DNA of 57,791 bases, taken from positions 1 through 57,791 of IMG/VR virus record IMGVR_UViG_3300032116_019333. One strand, given 5' to 3'. Below, in pieces: positions 1 to 9,625 of this stretch; positions within the stretch are counted from its first letter, which is position 1; each line of letters opens with the position of its first letter. The stretch comes from a virus (taxonomy: Duplodnaviria; Caudoviricetes). The position numbers were made by a program, and so were the translations under genes. Below the pieces are notes generated by a model that worked only from the letters and a program-made list of their open reading frames with translations, had not been told where the DNA came from and searched no databases.

Positions 1-126
1 ACCGGAGACGGGATCCGTGTCCAGGCGCAGTCAGCCGATCCGGAGTGGAACCGATTGGCCGAAACATACTTCGCCATGTGGTCATCCCGCTGTGAAGTGA
101 CACGGCGTTTCTCCTTCGAGGAATGC
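1..126 (+). repeat. Terminal overlap, copy 1 (circularity signature)
   Basis: Identical to 57665-57790; only the last base of the window differs (a versus c). Confidence 0.95.
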
Positions 127-1215
127 CAGGCGCTAGTCTGCCGGGGCATGGACATCGACGGCGAATACTTCGTCCACAAGACACGCGACCGAGCAGGCGA
201 ACCACGTATCCAGCTAATCGAATCTCATCGCATAGGCGACCAGTTCGGATCAAAGGAAACCCTTGACGGAGTGGGCCTCGATGCTTGGGGCGCACCCGTA
301 TTCTATCGTGTGATTGAGGATAGCGGGAAAAGCCGCGACATGCCCGCCGAGTCCATGCTCCACCTTCACGAACCAGAGTGGGCAGGATCATTGCGCTGCC
401 ACCCGACCATCCAGCACTCAATCAATAACGTGCTCGATGAAATGGAACTCCTCGCATTGGAAAAACACGCGGTGAAAGACAATGCCGATGTGTCACGGGT
501 TCTCAAGACCGCGCGCGGTGAGATCGACGATAATGGGGATTTTGTTGTCGGTGGCGCAGGTATTTCAGGAGATGCAAGCGATCCGGTGACGCTACAAAAA
601 ATTGTCGGCGGTAAGCTCGTGGCCCTCAAACCCGATGAATCGTTAGATAGCTTCCAGTCGAACCGACCGTCGCCTACTTTCACCGGCTTTTTGGAACACC
701 TACGCCGTGATTCCGCGCTTGGGATGATCCCCTTTGAGTTTGCTGCGGATTCGAGCAAGATTGGTGGAGCAGGTGTGCGCTTGATTGTAGCGAAAGCCGA
801 CCGTCGTTTTTCATTCCGCCAGATGATCCTTGAGCGTCGCTTGATTCGCCCTGTCTGGTCATACGTCATCGGCGATGCGATTGATCGCGGCATTCTTCCT
901 CCTGTCAATGAATGGTGGAAAATCTGCACTGTTCCCCCGAGGCGTGTGACTGTAGATGCTGGACGCGAAGCCCAACAAAATCGTGCAGATGTGGAGATGG
1001 GACTAAAGACGCTTTCCGATCACTTCAATGAACAAGGAGCGGACTTTGGTGAGGAGATCGAGCGCCGCGCCAGCGATGCGCAGCGCATCCTCCAAATAGC
1101 CGAAAAATATGGAGTCCCGGTTGAGATGCTGTGGAAGCCCTCTGGTGGCGCGTTGACACCGCCATCCGGGCGTGAGTCCGGTAATTCAAAATCGCGAGTG
1201 GCTGATTCAGCCTGA
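1..1215 (+). CDS. Lambda-family portal protein, C-terminal part (about 486 aa in total)
   Basis: DGEYF, IQLIESHRI, GVGLDAWGAPVFY, VDAGREAQ motifs; lies between terminase/gpW-like gene and S49 protease. Confidence 0.88.
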   Translation, partial: TGDGIRVQAQSADPEWNRLAETYFAMWSSRCEVTRRFSFEECQALVCRGMDIDGEYFVHKTRDRAGEPRIQLIESHRIGDQFGSKETLDGVGLDAWGAPVFYRVIEDSGKSRDMPAESMLHLHEPEWAGSLRCHPTIQHSINNVLDEMELLALEKHAVKDNADVSRVLKTARGEIDDNGDFVVGGAGISGDASDPVTLQKIVGGKLVALKPDESLDSFQSNRPSPTFTGFLEHLRRDSALGMIPFEFAADSSKIGGAGVRLIVAKADRRFSFRQMILERRLIRPVWSYVIGDAIDRGILPPVNEWWKICTVPPRRVTVDAGREAQQNRADVEMGLKTLSDHFNEQGADFGEEIERRASDAQRILQIAEKYGVPVEMLWKPSGGALTPPSGRESGNSKSRVADSA

Positions 1216-2455
1216 AGCTCTGCAATCCATGGCAGCCTCTCTACGGGGGCTAGTGGATCGCGGTGGGATGCTTCCCAAGCAGACGGTTGAGAATCCGCTG
1301 CTTTCTGTCGAGGACGGCATTGGCATAGTTGCCATCGAAGGGCCAATCCTCCGCAAACCAGACCTCTTCGCACGGATCTTCTTTGGTGCCACGAGTGCCG
1401 AAGAAATCGGCGAGGCTATTCGCGAGGCATCTGGCCGCGAGGACGTCAAGGCGGTGTTACTCAATATCGATTCACCCGGCGGGACTGTGACGGGAACTCC
1501 TGAGTTGGCCGCCGCCGTAGCCAACCTTAACAAGCGAAAGCCTGTCTATGCGTTTTCCTCTGGCCTCATGTGTTCCGCTGCCTACTGGGTGGCTAGTCAG
1601 GCCCGTGCGATCTATGCCACACCATCAGCCCAAGTCGGCTCCATTGGCGTGGTGCAAGCTGTAATCGACAACAGCGCGGCACTCGATAAGGCGGGCATCA
1701 AGGTCGAAGTTTTTTCGGTCGGAAAATACAAAGCGATTGGCGCACCCGGCACCCCGCTGACAGACGACCAGCGAGAACTGATTTCATCGAACCTTGCCGA
1801 GATTGCCCGCGACTTCCATGCGGCGGTTCTTGCCAAAGGGCGTGCGATTCCTGCCGAAGCCATGGAAGGCCAGACCTTCAGTGGCAAGCAAGCACAGCGT
1901 CACAACCTTGCGGGAGTAGTTGCGGATCGGGCTGAGGCGATGAGCCGCCTTCGGGTCTATCACGCGTCGGTTGACACCGGATCACGGGCAATGGACACCA
2001 CTGTCGAAACCGAACTCGCCCAGGCACGCGCCGAACTGACCCAGCTTCAGCGCGATCACCAAGCTCAAGCTGATCTTCTAAGTGATGAATCGGCTACCGT
2101 TACTTCGCTGCGCGGCGAAGTGGAAACGCTTTCCGCCCAACTCGAAACGCTGACCGGCGAACGCGATTCGGCCACGGAGCAGGTTTCCACGCTGCAAGCC
2201 CGCATCACGGAACTCAATGCGTCGCAGTCTGATTTCGACAAGCGACTGCAAACCGAAGTCGCCCGAGTCGTCGCCTCCACCGGCACCACGATGCCAGCCC
2301 GCGTCACTCCCGCCGGGGACAGCAAGGCCGCCGTCACTCAAGCCACTTCGCTTCAAGACCTCGTCGCCGAATACACGCGCCTCGTGAACGCCAACCAGCC
2401 CGACGAGGCCGCCGCCTTCTACCAACAACACCTCGCCTCCCACTTCAACCGCTAA
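1172..2455 (+). CDS. S49 (SppA/lambda gpC-like) prohead protease with C-terminal coiled-coil scaffold
   Basis: LNIDSPGG, MCSAAYWVAS, VGSIGV, GKYK motifs; heptad-rich C-terminus. Confidence 0.92.
   Translation: MSPVIQNREWLIQPEALQSMAASLRGLVDRGGMLPKQTVENPLLSVEDGIGIVAIEGPILRKPDLFARIFFGATSAEEIGEAIREASGREDVKAVLLNIDSPGGTVTGTPELAAAVANLNKRKPVYAFSSGLMCSAAYWVASQARAIYATPSAQVGSIGVVQAVIDNSAALDKAGIKVEVFSVGKYKAIGAPGTPLTDDQRELISSNLAEIARDFHAAVLAKGRAIPAEAMEGQTFSGKQAQRHNLAGVVADRAEAMSRLRVYHASVDTGSRAMDTTVETELAQARAELTQLQRDHQAQADLLSDESATVTSLRGEVETLSAQLETLTGERDSATEQVSTLQARITELNASQSDFDKRLQTEVARVVASTGTTMPARVTPAGDSKAAVTQATSLQDLVAEYTRLVNANQPDEAAAFYQQHLASHFNR
1991..2455 (+). CDS. Nested in-frame scaffolding protein (Nu3-like, 154 aa)
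   Basis: Internal ATG in frame (codon 274) at the protease/coiled-coil boundary, preceded by GTTGACA 20 nt upstream like other gene starts. Confidence 0.7.
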   Translation: MDTTVETELAQARAELTQLQRDHQAQADLLSDESATVTSLRGEVETLSAQLETLTGERDSATEQVSTLQARITELNASQSDFDKRLQTEVARVVASTGTTMPARVTPAGDSKAAVTQATSLQDLVAEYTRLVNANQPDEAAAFYQQHLASHFNR

Positions 2456-2461
2456 GCCGCC

Positions 2462-3361
2462 ATGTCCAACAGCAACGCCACCGTCAATTCCCCGCTGATC
2501 GCCCAAACGGCGCTCAACACCCTGCTCGCGAAGTTTCCGATCCTGAGCCGCATCGCCACGGACTTCTCATCCTCCAGCGTGAAGTTCAACCAGGACATCG
2601 TCACCCACATCGTCACGCCAACCGTGGCGCATGACTTCGACCCTGCCACCGGTTACGTCCCCGACGACCAAGCGCAAGTCGATGTCACTGTGAAAATCGA
2701 CAAGCACGCATACGCGGGTTACTCGATCACCGATGTCGAGCGTTCCACCAGTGAAATCGATCTCAACCAACGCTATGCCGACAAGGTGGCCTACGCGCTC
2801 GGTCGCAAGGTGTGTGATGATCTGATGGCACTCATTATCGCCGCGAACTTCACCAACGAAACCGAGGTAGCTCAAGCCACCTTCGGACGCGACTCGGTGG
2901 TGGACATCGGCACCAAGCTCAACAAGCGCTTCATCCCAGACATGGGCCGCTTCATGTTCGTGAACTCGGACTACTACAACGCGCTCCAGAAGGACGAGGC
3001 ACTTTACAAGGCATACATCACCCCGGCCGCCAGTAACGTGGTCGTCAGCGGCATGCTGCCGGACGTGAACGGTTTCGCCGTCATCGAATACTCGGCACTC
3101 CCAGAAAACGCCGAGAACCTAGTCGGCTTTGCCGGTATCCGCGAGGGCCTCATCATGGCCGCTCGTGTGCCGGACGTGCCTACCAACACCGGCGACACCG
3201 CGATTCGTGTGGTCACCGACCCGCGCACTGGACTCTCCGTGCAAGTTCGCGACCGCTACGACGGCCGCCTTGGCAAGCAGGAGGTGAGCTTCACGCTCAT
3301 GTATGGTTTCGCCAAGGGCAGTACCCCAGTCATCGAGCGCATCGTCAAGCCCACCCCCTAA
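2462..3361 (+). CDS. Major capsid protein (HK97 fold, P22-coat-like)
   Basis: 299 aa after the protease; VTVKIDKH, GRFMFVNSDYY, VNGFAVIE, FTLMYGF patterns; strong terminator follows. Confidence 0.82.
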   Translation: MSNSNATVNSPLIAQTALNTLLAKFPILSRIATDFSSSSVKFNQDIVTHIVTPTVAHDFDPATGYVPDDQAQVDVTVKIDKHAYAGYSITDVERSTSEIDLNQRYADKVAYALGRKVCDDLMALIIAANFTNETEVAQATFGRDSVVDIGTKLNKRFIPDMGRFMFVNSDYYNALQKDEALYKAYITPAASNVVVSGMLPDVNGFAVIEYSALPENAENLVGFAGIREGLIMAARVPDVPTNTGDTAIRVVTDPRTGLSVQVRDRYDGRLGKQEVSFTLMYGFAKGSTPVIERIVKPTP

Positions 3362-3384
3362 CCCATCCTTGGTTGTGGTTCATC

Positions 3385-3424
3385 AAATGCCCTCTCCGGG
3401 AAACTGGAGGGGGCATTTCGTTTT
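3385..3424 (+). terminator. Intrinsic terminator after capsid gene
   Basis: 15-bp stem AAATGCCCTCTCCGG / CTGGAGGGGGCATTT with GAAA loop, followed by CGTTTT. Confidence 0.8.
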
Positions 3425-3441
3425 GACAGCCGACCCGTGGC

Positions 3442-3753
3442 ATGAGCCTCGATTCTGAAATCCTCAGGGACTTCCACCAATTACTGGCCGAGCATGGAAC
3501 CAGCGCCACCTGGAAAGACATCCCATTGCACGTGCTTGTTAGCCGTGTTCGCAGCGACCAGCAGATTGAGATCGGCGGCTTTGTGGAATCGCCTGAACTG
3601 AACCTGCGAGTGTTGAAATTATCTTTCTTGGGCGAGCTTCCCAAGTTCGGCGAGCGCATCGAGTTGGATGGCAGGGACTACCGGATTGCCAAGGTCGGAT
3701 TCCATCCCCGCTCGCCAATCATCACCCTCAGCCTGACCAGTACCGATGAGTAA
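3442..3753 (+). CDS. Head-tail joining/closure protein (FII-like)
   Basis: Position, size and PKFGERIELDGRDYRI beta-barrel pattern. Confidence 0.6.
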   Translation: MSLDSEILRDFHQLLAEHGTSATWKDIPLHVLVSRVRSDQQIEIGGFVESPELNLRVLKLSFLGELPKFGERIELDGRDYRIAKVGFHPRSPIITLSLTSTDE

Positions 3754-4534
3754 TGAAGTCCGCTTCGCCGCCAAGATGCAGGGTGCCAGTGAAGTTATCC
3801 GCTTACTCAAAAAGCATCCGGAGAAAATCGGCCGCACCCTAGAGTCACTGGTGAAGCAGGAGGCACGCGGGCTGGCGGTCGAGTTGGCACGCAGCACCCG
3901 TCCGCACGGGTTTTCAGAAAAGGCACACAAACACGGCCAGAGAGCCGTGGCCAAGGACATCAGTAGCGTGTTCGCCCTGCCATCCGATGCCTTTGAGGAA
4001 ATCCGCAAGTCGGATCCTAATGCCGCAGACCGATTCTGGGCCAACATCCAAAACCGCAGATTCTCAAGAGCACAAACCGCGCTACGGTCCTCAAGTTCGG
4101 CATGGAGTGATCTCATCGTGGGTCGTCTCGATCCGAATCTTCACGGATGGGGCAAATTTGGCGGTAGAATGCCCAAGCAGATCGTCAATAGCCCCAAGAC
4201 CCGGGAAACCTACATCCAGCGTATCCAGAAGCGGGTCGGCTTCGCCAAGGGCACCTGGATCAATGCGGCCAAGTCGATTGGCGGACGGGTCCGAGGCGCA
4301 GCTCAATGGGCTAGTCGTCACCGCAAGGCACCCGGCAGCGCAAAAGTCCGCGTCGGAACAAAGCCGTCCGTCACCCTCGTCAGTCACCTTGACTACATGG
4401 ACGATGTCCTGAGCTACACCGGCATCAAAATCGCGCTAAATGTGGCCTCCGGAAAACTCCGCAAGGCCCTGGTGACATCGGTCAGGAAGATCAATGAGCG
4501 GGCGAATCGGTCACTCAGAAGGCGAGCGGGTTGA
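3746..4534 (+). CDS. Basic neck/tail-completion protein
   Basis: Very K/R-rich; synteny between head closure and tail terminator genes. Confidence 0.5.
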   Translation: MSNEVRFAAKMQGASEVIRLLKKHPEKIGRTLESLVKQEARGLAVELARSTRPHGFSEKAHKHGQRAVAKDISSVFALPSDAFEEIRKSDPNAADRFWANIQNRRFSRAQTALRSSSSAWSDLIVGRLDPNLHGWGKFGGRMPKQIVNSPKTRETYIQRIQKRVGFAKGTWINAAKSIGGRVRGAAQWASRHRKAPGSAKVRVGTKPSVTLVSHLDYMDDVLSYTGIKIALNVASGKLRKALVTSVRKINERANRSLRRRAG

Positions 4535-4551
4535 CTTGATTTAACGATCAG

Positions 4552-4977
4552 ATGTCCACCCTGATCGAATACGCACTCACATCCAGACTCGCCGCATGGC
4601 TCAACGACAATCGGCCTGAAGCGATTCCTGAATCCGTCCCCATCCACGTCGCCAACAAAGACGAACTTCGCTCCCGCCCGTGCATCGTGCTGGCAACTTC
4701 GGAAACCAAACCAATCCCGGCCATGCGCCACACGGCACGACTCAAACTCGACGTCCATCTGTTCACTCAGGTCGATGACACGCCGATTTCCGATCACGCC
4801 AACTGGGCCGTCGCACTGGTGGATGCTCTCGCCGGAATTCAAACACTCAAGGTAGCCCTCGATTCGGAAACCTTCTGCCTGCATGACTTGTTGCTTCGCG
4901 ATTCTTCGACGGTGCCCGACGAAACCCGTGGCCGCGAAACCGTCATCAGTTACGAGCCTGTGGTTTCAGCGGTGTGA
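4552..4977 (+). CDS. Putative tail terminator protein
   Basis: Size, RPCIVL pattern, position just before the tail tube gene. Confidence 0.5.
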   Translation: MSTLIEYALTSRLAAWLNDNRPEAIPESVPIHVANKDELRSRPCIVLATSETKPIPAMRHTARLKLDVHLFTQVDDTPISDHANWAVALVDALAGIQTLKVALDSETFCLHDLLLRDSSTVPDETRGRETVISYEPVVSAV

Positions 4978-5007
4978 CCTCTCGGTTGACATCCCAACCG
5001 GGAGCAA

Positions 5008-5379
5008 ATGGCCGCATCGCTCCTTGGCAAAACCGGAAACTGGGGAATCCCCCAGGATGAATCCGGCATCTTGATCACCGACTTGTCTTTCGACTTCTCG
5101 AACCAGGAGAAGACCGTTCTCGACAAGGGCGGCGAAATCATCGGCCTGTCGCTCTACCAGGAAATGGCCGAGATCAAACTCTCTGGCCTCGTTGCCAAGG
5201 ACTCTGCCTTCAACGGCAAAATCGGCGTCGCGCTCACCTTGTCCAACAGCGTGCCTGCGCACCTCAACCAGAGCGGCGGCATAACGATCATCACGCAAAT
5301 CAGCCGCAGCCTCAACAATGAGGACTTCGAGAAGATTGACGTCACCGCCAAGCACTACCCGCACGTCACGGGTTCCTGA
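5008..5379 (+). CDS. Putative major tail tube protein
   Basis: 123-aa beta-rich protein upstream of the chaperone and tape measure genes. Confidence 0.55.
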   Translation: MAASLLGKTGNWGIPQDESGILITDLSFDFSNQEKTVLDKGGEIIGLSLYQEMAEIKLSGLVAKDSAFNGKIGVALTLSNSVPAHLNQSGGITIITQISRSLNNEDFEKIDVTAKHYPHVTGS

Positions 5380-5405
5380 TCCCCCTTCCAACCTGAGATC
5401 CATCC

Positions 5406-5807
5406 ATGAACGCCGTATCCCATCTTTCCTCAACCGCGACCAGCAACACTTGTCTGGCTGCGGCACTCACCGCCATCGGCATCGAGCTTGCCGAAAAACC
5501 ATTCGTCCGCGTCGTCGGCGATGGCATTCGTGGCGAACGCTTTGTCTGGTTCTTCGAGCCACAGAGTCCGGATGGTAAATTCCAGACCAAGGACATGATC
5601 GCTGCATGGAACGACGATGCATGGCACGTATCCAATCCTGAGCACCCGTTCGCTTACATCAAGTGTGCCCTGCTTAACCGCGAGCGGCTGGTCGATAAAG
5701 TGAAACAGGACGTGCCGCTCGCCTGCGTGAAGCGCCGGGGCAAGATCGCCCTGTTGTCCCTCAATGCTTCGCCCCGCACCGAAGATTTCTTCCTCCGCCA
5801 CCTCTGA
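5406..5807 (+). CDS. Hypothetical protein (DUF5659-like N-terminus)
   Basis: TSNTCLAAAL pattern; clean ORF in the tail operon. Confidence 0.4.
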   Translation: MNAVSHLSSTATSNTCLAAALTAIGIELAEKPFVRVVGDGIRGERFVWFFEPQSPDGKFQTKDMIAAWNDDAWHVSNPEHPFAYIKCALLNRERLVDKVKQDVPLACVKRRGKIALLSLNASPRTEDFFLRHL

Positions 5808-5811
5808 AGCC

Positions 5812-6231
5812 ATGGACGATCCAAAGCGACAACAACTCCAGTCTGCCGCATTCTCCGATGTGGAAACGATGATCGGCAACAGCCTGATGCGCCCGCTTTC
5901 ACTCGCGAGCTATGACGTGCTCCTGCGAACCGGCAACCCGCTGGTGAGAGGTGAAATGCCCGAGGAAGGAACGCCGGAATTCACATCGGCACTCATGGGC
6001 TTCGTATTCGTTCACTGCGCTTCGTGGCCGGATGTCGTGCGTGCATCCTTCGACGACCACCGATTCCGCGAAGAAGCATTGATCTTCTGCGGTGATTTCA
6101 CGCCGTCTGATTTCCACACTGCGTTCAAACGGCTTGAGGAACAATCAAAGCAACTGGAGGCGGCGCAGGTCGAACCCGCATCGGAGCTGGGCGGAAAAAA
6201 GTCATCCCGTGCGATGAGCCGGGGTTCCTAG
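5812..6231 (+). CDS. Tail assembly chaperone (gpG-like)
   Basis: Ends near GGKK with an in-phase A AAA AAG slippery site; upstream of tape measure. Confidence 0.75.
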   Translation: MDDPKRQQLQSAAFSDVETMIGNSLMRPLSLASYDVLLRTGNPLVRGEMPEEGTPEFTSALMGFVFVHCASWPDVVRASFDDHRFREEALIFCGDFTPSDFHTAFKRLEEQSKQLEAAQVEPASELGGKKSSRAMSRGS

Positions 6232-6455
6232 CCGCCCAAGTGTTCGCCATCGCCGCCGAGACCGGATGGTCAGAGGATCGAATCCTTTTCATGCCACTTG
6301 GACGGCTCGCCCAATACCAACACTGCCTGTTTCGTCGCAATGGCATCCGCACCCGCTGGTCCAACGCCACCCCGGATGGAACCAGCGTGAAATCCCAACT
6401 CCAGGCTCTCAGGGAACAATGGGAGCAGGCGGACACCAGTCCATCACCGGGTTGA
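6195..6455 (+). CDS. Tail assembly chaperone -1 frameshift extension (gpGT-like)
   Basis: A AAA AAG at 6195-6201; the -1 frame is open (VIPCDEPGFLAAQVFAIAAETGWSEDRIL...) to the stop at 6455. Confidence 0.75.
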   Translation, partial: KKVIPCDEPGFLAAQVFAIAAETGWSEDRILFMPLGRLAQYQHCLFRRNGIRTRWSNATPDGTSVKSQLQALREQWEQADTSPSPG

Positions 6456-6471
6456 CTGCACCTATCTCTTG

Positions 6472-8217
6472 ATGAGCACCCTCACCGTCACACTTGGAGC
6501 CGACATTTCCGCACTGAAGCGGGCGATGGCGACTGCCGGGGATGTGGTGACGGCATCCGCTCGTCGCATGAGTAAAATCACAGGTGCCGGACTGGCAGGT
6601 CTTGGCAAAGGTGGTGCGCTTGCATTGCAGAAGGGCTTTTCTCTGAGCGGTGTCGCGCTCAAGGCAGGCATCGGTGGAGCCCTTGCAGGTGGAGTTGCTG
6701 CCATTGGCGTTGGCGTAAAGGCGATCAATTCCGCCGCCGACTTTGAGCAAACCAAGGTGGCCTTCACCACCCTCATCGGTGATGCGGCCAAAGCCGAGGA
6801 AACACTGGCCAAGCTGCGGGAGCTAGGTGCGCAAACACCGTTTGAATTTCCAGAGCTGGCAGACGCGGGACGCAAGCTGATCGCATTCGGCGAATCGGCG
6901 GACACCGTACCCGAAACGTTGCGCCGGATCGGCGACATCTCCGCCGGTATTCAGGCTCCAGTCAATGAAATCGCGGAACTCTACGGCAAAGCGCGTGTCC
7001 AGGGGAGACTCTTTGCCGAGGACATCAATCAGCTAACAGGACGAGGCATCCCGATCATCCAGGAACTCGCCAAGCAGTTTGGCGTATCTGATTCAGAGGT
7101 GAAGAAACTCGTGGAATCCGGTAAGGTCGGATTCCCAGCCATCGAGCAGGCATTCATTTCGCTCACATCGGAGGGCGGCAAGTTTTCAGGAATGATGGAA
7201 GCTCAGAGCAAGACGACTTCTGGCCTATTCTCCACACTCAAGGACACAATCAACGAGGTGCTTCTCACTCTCGGAACGCCCATCAATGACGCGATTCGCC
7301 CGCTGGTGGCCGAAGCGATCACCCTGTCGCAAAAACTCGCCCCATTGGCCAAACGTGTCGGCGAGGCTGTGCGCGATTCAATCCAGTTCGTTATTGCCGC
7401 ATTTAAGAGCGGTCAACTGATCAGCCTGATTATCACCACGCTCAAACTCGGTTTTCTAACGGGAGTCAACAGCCTGATCGACGGATTTCGCACGGCGGTC
7501 GGATTCCTCTGGAACGCGATCACCGACGGCACCATGTGGGTCAATCTCGGCAAGCTCTATCTGGGAGTGGCGGTGAAGTTCTACAATCAAATCCTCCGTG
7601 GCTTTGAGGCTGCCATCAACTTCCTTGCGGCAGGAATGGAGTGGATCGGAGGTATTCTAGTAAAGCAGATCCTCAAGATTCCAGGCATGGAGAAACTGCT
7701 TGGATTTGGCGCGCAGGACGTGAACACCAACTTCGGTGACCTGTATAACAGCAGGAAAGACGGCAAGCTCTTCGGTCTCGATCTCGATGGCATGGAGGAT
7801 TTCGGCGATAAGCTCACGTCCGAGGGATCAACAGGAATCTCAGACCGACTTGCTGCAGCCGCAGCGAAAGCCATTCAGGACACCGCAGCCAAGGGTGAGT
7901 TCATCGATACAAGTTCCCTGCAGCAGCAGATGACCGGAATTATGCAGAAGATCCGCGATGCGATGCCGAAGCCGGAAGCGATCAAACAGGCTGCAGCCAG
8001 TTCCGCAAAGACGGCTTCGCCACTACCTACCCCCACCGCACAATCCAAGGGGTTTGAGCCGATTGTCACGTCGCTTGGAAAAATCGGAGGTGGTGGGTAT
8101 TCATCCGGTGTTCTGGACGCCCAGCGCGAAAACAACCGACTGACTGCTGAATCCAACCGCCTGCTTGTGAAAATCGCGGGTGCAAAGACAGCCTCCACTG
8201 TGGCCGCCTTCGGTTGA
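6472..8217 (+). CDS. Tape measure protein
   Basis: Ala/Gly-rich; TPFEFPELADAGRKLIAFG and EDINQLTGRGIPI tape-measure domain; hydrophobic middle segments. Confidence 0.92.
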   Translation: MSTLTVTLGADISALKRAMATAGDVVTASARRMSKITGAGLAGLGKGGALALQKGFSLSGVALKAGIGGALAGGVAAIGVGVKAINSAADFEQTKVAFTTLIGDAAKAEETLAKLRELGAQTPFEFPELADAGRKLIAFGESADTVPETLRRIGDISAGIQAPVNEIAELYGKARVQGRLFAEDINQLTGRGIPIIQELAKQFGVSDSEVKKLVESGKVGFPAIEQAFISLTSEGGKFSGMMEAQSKTTSGLFSTLKDTINEVLLTLGTPINDAIRPLVAEAITLSQKLAPLAKRVGEAVRDSIQFVIAAFKSGQLISLIITTLKLGFLTGVNSLIDGFRTAVGFLWNAITDGTMWVNLGKLYLGVAVKFYNQILRGFEAAINFLAAGMEWIGGILVKQILKIPGMEKLLGFGAQDVNTNFGDLYNSRKDGKLFGLDLDGMEDFGDKLTSEGSTGISDRLAAAAAKAIQDTAAKGEFIDTSSLQQQMTGIMQKIRDAMPKPEAIKQAAASSAKTASPLPTPTAQSKGFEPIVTSLGKIGGGGYSSGVLDAQRENNRLTAESNRLLVKIAGAKTASTVAAFG

Positions 8218-8233
8218 CGCGCCCCACTGTGGC

Positions 8234-8983
8234 GTGAAGAGCAAACACATCGGGATTCCAGTGGGGCTGGTGCTCCAACCAGGGGCTACGATCAGCGTAG
8301 ATGCCGAAGGCAAGTGGAGCAGCACACTCACCTATCTCGCCAAGCGCGAGGGGCTCGCCCGATACATCCCCGCGATTGGCACACCACACCCGGACTTCAG
8401 TTTCATGGTGCTGAGCGGGGTATCCGTCACCATCATGGAGGGCGATGTCGCCGAGGTAGTTTGCAATTTCGCAGGGACTGATGAGACCAATCGCGACAAG
8501 AACAAGGGGACGACCGTCTATTCCTTGGGCGTTGCGACTTCGGAAGAGCCGCTGTTGTCCCACAATCGCTACCAACACCTTCCCGATGCCGAGCGCGAGG
8601 CATTGCGCAACATCGGCTCCGGCAAGGAGCAAGACTCTCAGGGCAATTCATACCGATCCCAGGTGAGTTCTGAAATCGGATTGGAAATCCTCAAACGCTT
8701 TGACCGTGGGCAGACCTCTTACCTCGCCCCGAAGATCACGTGGCGTCAGTCGTGGGTGCAGGACAGCAAACTCGACAACTCGGATCTCAACGACATCGGC
8801 AATGTTTCCACACCCGACGGCGACCCGCCCACGCTTGGCCAAGGCCGCAACTGGCTATGCACGGGAATCACGCAAACCCAGGAATCAAAGAAGGCATTCC
8901 GGATTGAGATAGAGTGGATGGCAAGCGACCGGGGCGGATGGGACGAGAAAGTGTATTCCGACGAAGTGATGCCACCGCCATGA
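8234..8983 (+). CDS. Distal tail/baseplate-region protein
   Basis: GTG 8234 with GTTGAC 20 nt upstream; follows tape measure. Confidence 0.5.
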   Translation: MKSKHIGIPVGLVLQPGATISVDAEGKWSSTLTYLAKREGLARYIPAIGTPHPDFSFMVLSGVSVTIMEGDVAEVVCNFAGTDETNRDKNKGTTVYSLGVATSEEPLLSHNRYQHLPDAEREALRNIGSGKEQDSQGNSYRSQVSSEIGLEILKRFDRGQTSYLAPKITWRQSWVQDSKLDNSDLNDIGNVSTPDGDPPTLGQGRNWLCTGITQTQESKKAFRIEIEWMASDRGGWDEKVYSDEVMPPP

Positions 8984-9621
8984 TCGAAGGACTACCCAAG
9001 AAACGAAACCCGAAGGAACCCGTCCTTGCCAAGGACTGGAACATGATGATTGATGCCATTGAGGCACGCACACCACAACGCTGCGAGGGCATGGAGCTTT
9101 ATCGTGACCGGAGGGGCTTCTTCTACCGCGCCAAGAATGCTTCTGTGGCTGGAGGGAAACCCGTGCCTCTCACCATCGTTGGTTCTCGTCCGCGCTACAT
9201 ACCGGCAGCGGCTCCGCCATCATCCGCTAACAACAGGCGTTTCTACATCGAGTGGGGCACGCTCAATGACCAGTTGGCCTCCAACTGGGATGCCTACTTT
9301 GACATCAGCGACACGACTTACTTCTTCGCCAAGGCAAAACTGCGGACAGGCAGCACACTCGCCGTCGAGAACTGGCAGATCGTGACCGGCACGGACTATG
9401 ACAGCCACAAGACCGCCGATTGGCCGGTTGGCGCGCCACGTCCGGGCGAAGCGGTTTGTATGCTCGGAAGCGTCCAGTTCAACGAGGGAGCGGCATACAT
9501 AACCAACAACGGCGGCGGATCGCTTCTCGTCAGCGAGCACCTCACCGACATCCGACCCGGAACTGGAAGCGGGGAGGTTATTTACGGCAGGGCGCTCTAT
9601 TTCTACCGGCAAACCTACTGA
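8980..9621 (+). CDS. Tail tip-region protein
   Basis: ATGA overlap with the previous gene; position. Confidence 0.45.
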   Translation: MIEGLPKKRNPKEPVLAKDWNMMIDAIEARTPQRCEGMELYRDRRGFFYRAKNASVAGGKPVPLTIVGSRPRYIPAAAPPSSANNRRFYIEWGTLNDQLASNWDAYFDISDTTYFFAKAKLRTGSTLAVENWQIVTGTDYDSHKTADWPVGAPRPGEAVCMLGSVQFNEGAAYITNNGGGSLLVSEHLTDIRPGTGSGEVIYGRALYFYRQTY

Positions 9622-9625
9622 TCCC

